The notes under the pieces were generated by a model. That model searched no databases. It saw nothing but the letters and a program-made list of their open reading frames with translations, and was not told the origin of the DNA. Shown here one piece after another: positions 46,826 to 57,500 of a DNA stretch of 59,501 nt. The DNA comes from a virus. Its lineage: Duplodnaviria > Caudoviricetes. A program made the position numbers and the translations under genes. The stretch covers positions 1 through 59,501 of IMG/VR virus record IMGVR_UViG_3300025889_000128, one strand, 5' to 3'. The number at the start of each line of letters is the position of its first letter. Within the stretch, counting starts at the first letter, position 1.

Positions 46826-47721
46826 TGACACAAAGAATTTTTATATTAAAGAAAACAGCTCAGATTTCTGGAACTAATTCAAATCCAGCTTTCCCTGCAA
46901 TAGAAATCACTAATATAGGTAATTTTACATATTCATTAAATACTCCTGTATCACCTTTACCTTTACCAGAAGAATCACATGAAGAAAATGTATTGATAAA
47001 AATGGAAGGCAATTCTGCACAGATTACTATTGATTTTAAGATAACTCCTAATTCATCATGTTGGGGATATGTTGATGATCCACAAGGTAATAGAGAATTT
47101 CACGTTAGTAATATAACATCGCCATTAGGAATTATCAATGAAATTAAAGATAGGTTTATTCCTAAATCCTTAGTAGATGGTTACGCATTTGAGATACAAG
47201 ACGATACAAATTCAAGTAATAATGTTTTTGATTATGGTACTATAAATAACATTACATTCAGTTCTTCTGCTGATTCTCCTACAGTATACAACTGTTCATT
47301 TACATTCATGGTAGGAAATGTAATAGGATTGTATGAAGCAAATGTTCCATATACTCCTAATAAGGTTAATTTATCTATTGTAGCAGGTAATATAGTAGTA
47401 TCTTGGGAAGATAGCAAAATATATGCAAGTTCAACTGATATACCAACTATAACTGGTGCTTCTATAAAATATAAAAGATCAGATTCACCTGCATGGGTAG
47501 AGTATGGATCTAATCAATTTGCAGTTGGTAATGGTGGGGAAGATCCTAACAATCAACCTGCATCAGATTCATCTACTCGTCTTATTACATTATCTACTTT
47601 AAGTTCAGGTACATACAGAATAAAAGTAGCTATGTTATCTAAAGATTCATATAATTCAAATGTTTATTATTATATGCAAGGAAAAAATACTGCAACTAAT
47701 GGATACGAGATAACTAAATGA
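46825..47721 (+). CDS. Distal tail-like protein with C-terminal FN3-like domain
   Basis: Follows TMP; P..V.L....IVVSW...IKYK...LSSGTYRIKV. Confidence 0.55.
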   Translation: MTQRIFILKKTAQISGTNSNPAFPAIEITNIGNFTYSLNTPVSPLPLPEESHEENVLIKMEGNSAQITIDFKITPNSSCWGYVDDPQGNREFHVSNITSPLGIINEIKDRFIPKSLVDGYAFEIQDDTNSSNNVFDYGTINNITFSSSADSPTVYNCSFTFMVGNVIGLYEANVPYTPNKVNLSIVAGNIVVSWEDSKIYASSTDIPTITGASIKYKRSDSPAWVEYGSNQFAVGNGGEDPNNQPASDSSTRLITLSTLSSGTYRIKVAMLSKDSYNSNVYYYMQGKNTATNGYEITK

Positions 47722-49895
47722 GAGTAAAAATTTGCCAAATCAGAAGAGACACTAATGGTAACATAACACATAGAAGATTCTTTGTTCCAAAAACTGCAAT
47801 AGTAAGAAGAGAGGGTACTAGAGCACCAGATAACATGGAATTTACAGTAGATATAGTATCAGATATTAAAGAAAATGATGAGATATACTATATTCAAGAT
47901 ATTATTGATACAGATAATTTAGTTGGAATGTATAATTTCTATGGTAATTTTAGAGATGAATCTGGATATGAACAAGATGATGTCAGAGCAAGTAACATAG
48001 ATATACCTGAATGTGTTGATTTATCTGGTACTAGTAGTATATATGAAAGATTAAGATTATATGAAAATGTTGGAAATTCAAGACAAAAATATCTTGGATT
48101 TTATAAAACCAATATAAACGCAACATCAAAAGATGGTATCAAGATGGAAAAAAAGTTTGTCTATAATAGTAATACAAATCCACCTATCATAGACATGAGT
48201 GGAAATTTTGAAATTTGGTTAGAATTTCTTCCAAATTATACGAGTAATTTATTTACATTATTAGATTTTTATAATGAAAGTACAAATAAAGGATTATTAA
48301 TTCAATGGGACGTTCCTAATAATCAAATAAAAATAACAGCGAATAATGGTGGAACTGCTAATGTGGCAACATGTCCTTTAACATTTGATACAGATTTGTT
48401 TCATTTAAGAATAGGCAGAAATAATGGTGAATTTTTCGTATATGCTAATCAAGAGGAAAAAACAGTTACAAATGCTTCATATAGTGCAGATTTAAATCAT
48501 ACAGATCCATACTGGTATATGTGTAAAAGTTATAATGAAAGTACGTCTTCATGGAGTGATGGATTTTCTGGGTATTTTTTTCAACTGAGATTTTATGATA
48601 CAATACTAGATGATGATCAAGCATATACTATATGGTCTTCTAAAGCACAACAACTCACTATGAAATTCGGTGGATTCATTTGGAAATTAGAAGATGGTAT
48701 TTCAAAAAGAGCACAATGCAAAGGGTGGTCAGCAAAGATATTATCTAAGATTATATCACCATCAACAATGACAAATGCACCTAGTTTCTCACAAGTAGCT
48801 AGAACTGGTGTAGTATATACAGATGGTAAATCTTATGAAATATTGAAAGATATAATATACAATATAGGTGACAATGAATATGCTTTCCCTACAGATGAGC
48901 CAAACAGTGATCCTATACAATATGGTTTTGGTGGAGTAAATGCTTATGGTACTTTGTTAGATTTTATGGAATTTTTAATGGTAATGGAAAGTTCAAGTTC
49001 AAAAGATTATTTCTTTAATGTTTTACCTAGAAAAGTAATAGTTGTAGATCAAACAGTAGATGCTAATTTAGCATGTAATGAGTATACTTCTAATGTAATT
49101 GAAAATTTTAAAGATGATACTAAAACGGTTAATATGTTAGAAATATCTGCAAACAATCAGCCTAAAACTGATTCATATTCTGTATCTAAAAGTTTTACAA
49201 GTAACACATTAACTACTTCATCAGTAATAATGGGATATGATAGTTTAAGAACTTGGCAAACAGATGTCATTGTAGATAGTGTGACATACGCTGAAATAAA
49301 TGGTGTTCAGGCAGATGTTTATCAGTATAATGAAACTATACCAAGTGGTTCTTATGGAATAAAATTGAGTGAGGATAAAACATCATTCCAAGCACAAGCA
49401 CCTTTAACTGGAAGTTATACTGTAAAACTTTGGTTCACCTTTAGATTTTTTATATTAAATGCTTTATCATCAGTTCAAATAAAAACAGATGCTACCTCTG
49501 TATCTGAAATAGGAATATACCCAAGAAGATTGGCAGTTAGACAATTAGAAGATGGTGTAAATTTAGGTAGTTTTGCCACAAAATATTTAGATTTATTTAA
49601 AGATGTTAAACAAAGAGTGAAAGTAAGATTTAATGGATTGATTAATTCTGTAACAATAGGTCAAAAATTACCAGTTAGTTATAAATCTAAAAAATTATAT
49701 ACCTCATATAATGAATCAACTGGAGAATTAATACCTCTAAGATTACCAGTATCATCAGTGGAATGGAGATACCCAGAGGGAACAACAGTTATAGAACTCG
49801 GAGATAACGAGTATAATACCTTTGATCTGGAAAAAATCACTATAGATCAGTTAAGAGGGCTAGATAATACCACAAACAAGTCTTCTCTAATCTAA
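47718..49895 (+). CDS. Baseplate hub/tail protein with LamG-like insertion
   Basis: FEIWLEF...FHLRIGR...VYAN...FSGYFFQLRFYDTIL; hub-like C-terminus. Confidence 0.6.
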   Translation: MRVKICQIRRDTNGNITHRRFFVPKTAIVRREGTRAPDNMEFTVDIVSDIKENDEIYYIQDIIDTDNLVGMYNFYGNFRDESGYEQDDVRASNIDIPECVDLSGTSSIYERLRLYENVGNSRQKYLGFYKTNINATSKDGIKMEKKFVYNSNTNPPIIDMSGNFEIWLEFLPNYTSNLFTLLDFYNESTNKGLLIQWDVPNNQIKITANNGGTANVATCPLTFDTDLFHLRIGRNNGEFFVYANQEEKTVTNASYSADLNHTDPYWYMCKSYNESTSSWSDGFSGYFFQLRFYDTILDDDQAYTIWSSKAQQLTMKFGGFIWKLEDGISKRAQCKGWSAKILSKIISPSTMTNAPSFSQVARTGVVYTDGKSYEILKDIIYNIGDNEYAFPTDEPNSDPIQYGFGGVNAYGTLLDFMEFLMVMESSSSKDYFFNVLPRKVIVVDQTVDANLACNEYTSNVIENFKDDTKTVNMLEISANNQPKTDSYSVSKSFTSNTLTTSSVIMGYDSLRTWQTDVIVDSVTYAEINGVQADVYQYNETIPSGSYGIKLSEDKTSFQAQAPLTGSYTVKLWFTFRFFILNALSSVQIKTDATSVSEIGIYPRRLAVRQLEDGVNLGSFATKYLDLFKDVKQRVKVRFNGLINSVTIGQKLPVSYKSKKLYTSYNESTGELIPLRLPVSSVEWRYPEGTTVIELGDNEYNTFDLEKITIDQLRGLDNTTNKSSLI

Positions 49896-49931
49896 CATAA
49901 TATTTAAATACTAATTATCAATACAGATATT

Positions 49932-50672
49932 ATGAAAATTACAGGCGACTCAGCAGATGCAAGAATTGAGAAATTCCTTTCTTGGAAAGATAAACTCCCA
50001 ACTTATCAAAAAAGAGGAGTAGAATTAAATAAAAAAGATAACATTACAATCGTAAAAGGCACATTTGAAAGTGACGGTACATACCACAAAGATTGGTCAT
50101 TTACCCATAACTTGGTCACTTCAGATGGAGATATTTATTATGCAAAGAAAATCACTCTAAAGAAATCTGACGGAACAGCATACGCAGATTCAGATTTCGC
50201 AACAGATGGAATCTTTTTCCACCATGACGGATCAACTTCAGTATCAAGCAGTACAATCTATGGTTGTATGATTCTTGGTTCTGGAACTGTAACTCCACAT
50301 GAGGGAGATACCTATGGTGTATCTGGAAACGCAGGTACAGCATTTAGTGCAGGTGCTTATGATGCAAGTCATGGTTCAATCAATACCACTAAAACACTCA
50401 GAAGTAATTACCCACGTTTTAACGATGGTGATGCTGATAACACTGGTGGAGCTAACGATCAAGTTACATGGTCTTACAACTGGGCTACTGGAGACTTTGA
50501 TACTACAGGTGCTTCTGACCTAACAGGTGGAGTAATTGTAGATAGAGCAACAAATGCAACCCCAGCTAGTAACGCAAAATTATTGTGTCACTTTAATTTC
50601 AGCAGTGCTTTCGAAAAAACTGGTAACGATACACTCAAAGTATTTGTAAACCACACGTTCGAGGGCAATTAG
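49932..50672 (+). CDS. Tail/baseplate protein
   Basis: HNLVT..G...ILGSG...FEKTGNDTLKV; own TATA. Confidence 0.55.
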   Translation: MKITGDSADARIEKFLSWKDKLPTYQKRGVELNKKDNITIVKGTFESDGTYHKDWSFTHNLVTSDGDIYYAKKITLKKSDGTAYADSDFATDGIFFHHDGSTSVSSSTIYGCMILGSGTVTPHEGDTYGVSGNAGTAFSAGAYDASHGSINTTKTLRSNYPRFNDGDADNTGGANDQVTWSYNWATGDFDTTGASDLTGGVIVDRATNATPASNAKLLCHFNFSSAFEKTGNDTLKVFVNHTFEGN

Positions 50673-50780
50673 CGATGAAGTTTAAGAACATATTCAAAAA
50701 ACTTGAAACATCAAGAGATGGTGCTAATGCTCAAATTAGAACAAGCGAACAAATCACAATCAAAAAAGGTGCAAAAATAG

Positions 50781-51632
50781 ATGGCTAGAAAAGCAATTTA
50801 CAAACACGCAACATTAGTAGATGCAGTAGCATATCCAGATGATCCATCAGCTCCAATCGGAACTAACGAATGGAATGAAGATCCAGATAATGAGGGAATG
50901 TTAGGTTTCAATATTGAAACTATAGCCTCAGCTACAACAATTACTCCATCAAATTCTATGATTTCAATTACTGGTTCAACTCCAGTAGCCACAATCGCAA
51001 CAGGAAACACAAGTGTTGGCGATATTTTATTTGTTACTACAACAGATTCAGCAGTTTTACAACACAATACTGGTAACATTCATTTACAAGCAGAAGCAAA
51101 CTTAACATTATCAACAGATTCACCAATTCTTTTAGTAAGAAAGAACACTGATTGGTATCAATTTGGTGGTTTATCAGTAGTAAGTCCAAAGGCAACTGGT
51201 ACAGCAAACTTCCAAAACATGGTATTGAGTGGAGACTTGACAGTAAACGGTGCAAGTACAATCATTAACTCTACAACAATCTCAGTAGATGATAAAAATA
51301 TCACACTAGCAGATACAGCAAATCCAACAGATGTATTAGCAGATGGTGGGGGTATTACACTTAAAGGTGATACTGATAAAACAATCCTTTACAATAACGC
51401 AAACACTTCATTTACTGTAAGTGAAAACTTTGACTTGGCTTCTGGAAAGAAATTCAAGATCAATAATGCAGATGTATTTAATCCAATCGTATTAGAAAAA
51501 CAAGGAAGTGCACCTGCAAACCCAGTAGCAGATAGAGGACTTGTTTATGTCAAACAATTAGATGCTAACAATGACGGAATCTTTATTAAGATTAAGAAGA
51601 ACGGTACATATAACGAGGTTCAGATCGCATAA
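50781..51632 (+). CDS. Tail fibre-like protein
   Basis: GDLTVNG...NSTTISVDDKNITL...GGGITLKGDTDKT segment typical of marine phage fibres. Confidence 0.6.
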   Translation: MARKAIYKHATLVDAVAYPDDPSAPIGTNEWNEDPDNEGMLGFNIETIASATTITPSNSMISITGSTPVATIATGNTSVGDILFVTTTDSAVLQHNTGNIHLQAEANLTLSTDSPILLVRKNTDWYQFGGLSVVSPKATGTANFQNMVLSGDLTVNGASTIINSTTISVDDKNITLADTANPTDVLADGGGITLKGDTDKTILYNNANTSFTVSENFDLASGKKFKINNADVFNPIVLEKQGSAPANPVADRGLVYVKQLDANNDGIFIKIKKNGTYNEVQIA

Positions 51633-54574
51633 TGGCAATTATTTATTTAGCAGGTAACAGAATTGAGGGACTTTCTTCCGATACTAAACCAACAAGTGTT
51701 GTAACTGGTTCAATCTTTTATGAAACTGATACTAAAGATGAATTTTCATGGAGTGGTTCAGAATGGGTAAAGAGAACTGTCGGTGGTACTATTACAGGTG
51801 CAGATGTTGAAGATGCTTCTATTCCATTTACAAAAATTGCAGCAGGTACTCCAAACAAAGGTTTAGGATTTGACGAGAATGGAGATATTGCAGAAGTAGC
51901 AGCAGCCACAGGTGTAGATCCAACAGTAACAAAAGAAGTAGTTCCATTTATTAGTGATTTTAGAGAATATGTTAGACCACTTCACATGGAAGTAGGTCTT
52001 AATCCAGATACTAACTTATCTCCAAGAGCAAGAAGAGATTATTTCTCAGAGGGAAATAGATTAACATGGAGTGATGATTTCTCAGGTGGTGGACTTGAAT
52101 GGACACATGAGGGAAACAACGCTTATGTATCAGCACAATCATTACACTTACACACTGATTATCAATCTGCAAGTGCAGTAGATTTATACACTAAAATTGG
52201 AACTGAACAAAATCCACTTCCATTATCAACTGATCAATGGTGTTTAAGATTTTCAATGGAATGGTCAGAAGTCGCTTCAAATACAACCTATGTAGGTTAC
52301 ATGTACTTTGGACTATCATCACAACCAGCTACAGTTTTTGCTAATCAAAACCAATCATTCGTAGGATTTACCATTGGTGGACATCAAACTAACGCAGCAT
52401 TTTATAACTATAACAGTTGGTGTTATGGTGGACAAGCACCTTACACAGCTTCACATACAAACACAAACGTAAGTAACTGGGGTGGAAACTTCCATGATAT
52501 TTTCTATTGTGAACTTGTTAGACAAGGAAACACTATTTTCTGGAGATATTATGCAGATCCAGAATACAGAGTTATGGTTAATGAATACAGCTACCAAGGT
52601 GCAGCATCATACTTTAACGCAGAAACCACAACTGGTAACAACCAAGCATTAAGATACTTGAAAGTTATGGGTTACTGTACTGCAACTGGCGAAAGAAACT
52701 ACATTCAAGGTAAGATTGATAATGTTAAATTCTGGAATGGTTGTTCTTACCCAGATGATCACGATACATTAAACGCATTAGAAGAAGTTAACAAAGGTGC
52801 AGAAAACTACTTTAACGCAGAATATGCTCAATGGGATAATCCAACAGATTGCTTCATTGGTCAAGTAGCTCCAAACAATACTACTATCACTGCAACTAAC
52901 AAATGGAGAAAAGCATGGGACGATGATTACAAATACTATAGCAAATATCCAACTGATACTTCCGATACATACCAAATGGCTGAGATATGGAGAACTGTAT
53001 CAGCAGATAGAACAAACACAGTATATGGTCAAGGATTCTATATCGCAAGTGGAAACCACCCACTAGTTTACAACAGTGCTAATAAATATAATGAAGTAGG
53101 TACAAAAGGTAGAGGATCATACGGTTTCCCAGTTAAAGACATTTCATTCTATCTATACAAAACTGGTTCACCATTAGGTAACCTTGTAGTTAGAGTATTC
53201 AATGGTGGTGGACAGATGAACACTCATCATAGATGTACTTCTGTTAATACAATAGATGTTTCAACATTATCAACTGACTCTGCAAACCCAACAAAATGTA
53301 CTTGGCAAATGGCAGGTTACACTCCAAGAAGTGGAGATTATGTTATTGTCGAACCTGAATGTGTCTATGCTACTACACAGGCAACAGTAATTCCAACTAG
53401 ATTAATTGATGGAACATTAAATGTGAACAATAATTACCAAGGACAACTATTCGATGGTTCTAACTACTTTTCAGTAAGATACAATAGACAAGTAAGCGAT
53501 GGCTTGGAATATGCAGGTTATCATCAAAATACTTCACCAACTGTAGGTACTGATGCAACATATCACCCTGATTATGAAGTAACACTACAAAGACAAACTC
53601 AAACTGCACAAATGGTAAACCCATACTATGACATTTGGGTAGGATTCCCATGGCAAGGTCAATACAAGAGACAAGCTAACAGCCAACAATACAAGAGAAC
53701 TACATTCGATAACATGCAAAATGACAACTGGGGTTCTTCAGCAGGTGCAGGTACAGGTTGGTCATTTACAACTCCAGAGCACTTTTACGATAAATATAGA
53801 ATCGATACCACTTCAGGTACAGCACCAGCTTTAGTAGGTAGTATGGTTATAATGCAAACTGAATATGCATACGCAACTATTACAGTACCAAAACATAAAG
53901 AACATACCTATGCAAACCCTGCATACAGAGCATTAGATACAGGTTACATTGACGATAGAATATGGCAAATGAGAATTGGTGGAAATGATATTGAATATGA
54001 AGTTTGGGTTTCAGATAATAACAAAGGAGATCCATTGTTATACGGATCAACCAACAGAGACAGAATTGACAACGATTGGCGTAGAGTCGGTTTCGGTGTA
54101 GGTTCTAACGATGATTCATATCTTTACGTCAATGAGAGATTTAGATATATTAGAGTATATGTAAACACACATAGTTATTCCACTGCACCAACAAGTAGAT
54201 GGTACTATGTTCACGATCATGCAGATATTCAATACTGTGTAGTAGGAATAGGTATACAATTAGCAGATACCAACACTGAGACACAGATACAAATACAGGA
54301 ATCTGATCCAAAACTACCAGATAACCATGCAAACAAATGGACTACTGTTAGAACAATCAACACAGCAAATCTATCCTCAGAAACATTGAGTAAGATTTTA
54401 GTCCCTGCTTCAATGACTAACAAATATAGAATTAAAGGTAGCTCTGGTCAATCTAAAGTCCTAGGACTTAGAGAAGTTAGAGTATGCTACCTACATAGAG
54501 ACATTGTGAGAACCAAACATGGACATATCGCTCTCAGTGCAACCGATGCAAACCTATCATTAGCAGGTGCATAG
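51632..54574 (+). CDS. Large tail fibre/receptor-binding protein
   Basis: N-terminal GLSSDTKPT...GSIFYETDT...WSGSEW fibre motif; aromatic/Asn/Thr-rich beta domains. Confidence 0.65.
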   Translation: MAIIYLAGNRIEGLSSDTKPTSVVTGSIFYETDTKDEFSWSGSEWVKRTVGGTITGADVEDASIPFTKIAAGTPNKGLGFDENGDIAEVAAATGVDPTVTKEVVPFISDFREYVRPLHMEVGLNPDTNLSPRARRDYFSEGNRLTWSDDFSGGGLEWTHEGNNAYVSAQSLHLHTDYQSASAVDLYTKIGTEQNPLPLSTDQWCLRFSMEWSEVASNTTYVGYMYFGLSSQPATVFANQNQSFVGFTIGGHQTNAAFYNYNSWCYGGQAPYTASHTNTNVSNWGGNFHDIFYCELVRQGNTIFWRYYADPEYRVMVNEYSYQGAASYFNAETTTGNNQALRYLKVMGYCTATGERNYIQGKIDNVKFWNGCSYPDDHDTLNALEEVNKGAENYFNAEYAQWDNPTDCFIGQVAPNNTTITATNKWRKAWDDDYKYYSKYPTDTSDTYQMAEIWRTVSADRTNTVYGQGFYIASGNHPLVYNSANKYNEVGTKGRGSYGFPVKDISFYLYKTGSPLGNLVVRVFNGGGQMNTHHRCTSVNTIDVSTLSTDSANPTKCTWQMAGYTPRSGDYVIVEPECVYATTQATVIPTRLIDGTLNVNNNYQGQLFDGSNYFSVRYNRQVSDGLEYAGYHQNTSPTVGTDATYHPDYEVTLQRQTQTAQMVNPYYDIWVGFPWQGQYKRQANSQQYKRTTFDNMQNDNWGSSAGAGTGWSFTTPEHFYDKYRIDTTSGTAPALVGSMVIMQTEYAYATITVPKHKEHTYANPAYRALDTGYIDDRIWQMRIGGNDIEYEVWVSDNNKGDPLLYGSTNRDRIDNDWRRVGFGVGSNDDSYLYVNERFRYIRVYVNTHSYSTAPTSRWYYVHDHADIQYCVVGIGIQLADTNTETQIQIQESDPKLPDNHANKWTTVRTINTANLSSETLSKILVPASMTNKYRIKGSSGQSKVLGLREVRVCYLHRDIVRTKHGHIALSATDANLSLAGA

Positions 54575-54593
54575 ATAATTCGAGGTGGAATAG

Positions 54594-57500
54594 ATGCCTA
54601 ACTCGGCTATATTCCAATCAAATATTTTTTCATCAACAATATTTGTAGGTAATAAGCCACTTATCATATTTCAAGATGATGTATATCAACAAGATATTAC
54701 ACAAAGACTTGCTTATGTACCAGTACCACAAACTGTATTTCAAAATAACATATTCCAATCAAATGTATTCCAACAAATACAAAGAACCAAAGTATTCCAA
54801 TCAACTATATTCCAAAATAGTACATTCCAACTAACTCCTTATAATGGTAGACAGTTAAACGTATTACAAAACAGTATATTCCAAAATTCTGTATTCCAAA
54901 AACTATCATTTGATGGTAGACAATTAAACATATTCAAGAACAGTATATTCCAGAACAATGTATTCCAAGTAGTTCCACCAAACTTGATTGTCAAAGTCAT
55001 TAATGACATAATTGGAATAAGTGAATATGTAGAAGAACCAAGAATAGGATTCCCAAGAACTGTAGATCCAGATGCAGTATCAATAGCATTAAGTGTATAC
55101 AAGGTATTAGGTGCAACCAGAGATTACACAGAATTAATCACAATGAATGAAGTATTGGTAAGGTTGAGGGGTAGAAAACCACCAATTTTTTCCAATTTAT
55201 CTATTAGTGAGTTTATATCATATTCAAAAGTAAGAGTATTAAGTAATATTAATTCAGTATTCCAATCAAACGTATTCCAAAATAACATATTCCAAGGACT
55301 ATACAGTTTAACAAGAACAACTATTCCAAGTGTATTTACAAATGTATACCAATCAAATGTATTCCAAGGAGAGTTTAATCCAAATGAAATTCCAAATCTC
55401 TTCCAATACAACGTATATCAACAGAACATATTCCAAAATGATTACAACATAAGAGAGATAAACAGAAGTGTATTCCAAGGCAACGTATACCAAAATGATA
55501 TATTCCATACAACTACAAAACTCTTCACACAAGTTCCAGAAACAGTATCAGTTGATGAGTTAGTTGATGCTAAGACAGGATATGTAAAGGTAATATCTGA
55601 TTCACTATCATTATCTGAAACAACTGCAACTGGTGCAGGTAGAGACTTAACAGAAACAGTATATGATTCACTGTCATTAACAGATGTAGATACAAGAAGA
55701 AAAAGAATAACAAGAGTAAAGAATGATACTGTAAGAATAAACGAGGTATTAACAAGATACTTCTTGAGAAATCCAAACATTGTATTTGGAGTATTCCAAG
55801 ATGATGTATACCAAGATGTATTCCAAAAAATATACAATAAGGTTAGAACATTCATTCCAAAAGTATTTGATCCAGTTGTATATACTGACATATTCCAAAT
55901 TGCTTCATTCAATCCAACTATCATTAGAAAAGTATTCCAATCAAACGTATTCCAAGAGGGTGTATTCCAAGCACAATTTGATAGTTTAGCAGGTGGATTA
56001 CCAAAAGTATTCCAATCTGGAGTATTCCAATCAACAGTATTCCAAACATCAAAGCCAAAGATACATGTAATAGATGATAGTGTAGGTATATCTGATACAC
56101 AAGCAAAGAGAAGAATAAGAGACAAATACAAGACAGTATCAGAACAAGTATCATTAGCAGAAATTAACAACAAGGCTACAGGATTTGTGGTTGAAACAAG
56201 TGATTCTGTAGGAATTGATGATGCTCAATTCAAAGTAGGTGGTAAGGTACAAACAGCACCAACTGATAGTGTAGGTGTATCTGAAAACACATGGAAAGTA
56301 AGAAGAATCTTCCCAATTATCAATGAAACATTAAGGGTTTCAGAAGTTAAACAGAGATTAAGAACATTAGTTAGAGTAAAGACCGAATCTGAGACAGTAT
56401 TAGAGACTCCAGATAAGGCTAGACCTATGAAGAGAATTGTATCAGATAACGTATCTGTAACAGATGAGGTAAAATCAAAGAAATCTATCGTAAAGAAGAT
56501 TACAAACGCAGTAAAATCAACAGAAAATGTACTTAGAACAAGAAACTTACTGAGAATATTAACATTCATAGTAGCAATCAGCGATGGAATAGGAAGAGAA
56601 AACTTCATAACAGAAGTATTCCAAAGATCAATATTCCAGAACAATGTGTTCCAAGGAAAGTTTGATCTTAACGCAATCAAGAAGAGAATATTCCAATCTC
56701 CACCGTTCCAACTGAATGTATTCCAAGGTGCGTTCGATACTATCATACCTATAGTAAGACCTATATTCCAAGATATATTCCAAAAGCCACCATTCCAAGG
56801 TGCATGGAACACTTCTTACTACAAGAGGGTATTCCAAGTAAATGTATTCCAGAACAACGTATTCAAGAGATTTACAATATCTCCTATAGTGAATACTATA
56901 TTCCAAATTGGAGTATTTTCAGTTCCACCATTCCAAACAACATGGAACAAAGCTATTCCAAGAAAAGGAATCTTCCAAGGTGGAGTATTCCAAGACTATG
57001 TGTTTACTACTCCTAACAAGATATACAAGAATGTATTCGATAGCATGAGAATTTCAGAGACTAAATTCTCAATAAAAGGTCTAGTAATGAGAATATTCGA
57101 TACTGTTAATGTATCAGAAATAAGAGTAAAAGTAGTAGGATTAAATAAATCTGTATTTGATTACCTAGGTCTATCAGATACAAACTACTATGTAATAGGA
57201 TTATTCGGACATGTATTTGACAGTATTGGTATTAAACATGATCTAAGAAAGAAGTTCAGAAGAGTATCAGCAATAGTATTAAACATCTTCCAAACCAATG
57301 TATTCCAAAAGCCACCATTCCAAGCCTCATGGGATCAAGCTAGAGATATTCTTGCAGTATTTACTGATATATTCCAAGATAATGTATTCCAAACAAACTC
57401 ATTTACAAATGGTGTTATTCCAAGAGTATTCCAATACAGAGTATTCCAAGAGAATGTATTCCAAAAAGGATTCGATTCAAGAAGAATTGCAAAATTCGTA

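Larger units (their letters stand above)
7551..49910 (+). promoter_or_regulatory. Recurring TTTAAATA TATA boxes 21-23 nt before ATG (leaderless transcripts)
   Basis: 7551, 12205, 13651, 35916, 36533, 39501, 41258, 42999, 49903. Confidence 0.8.
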
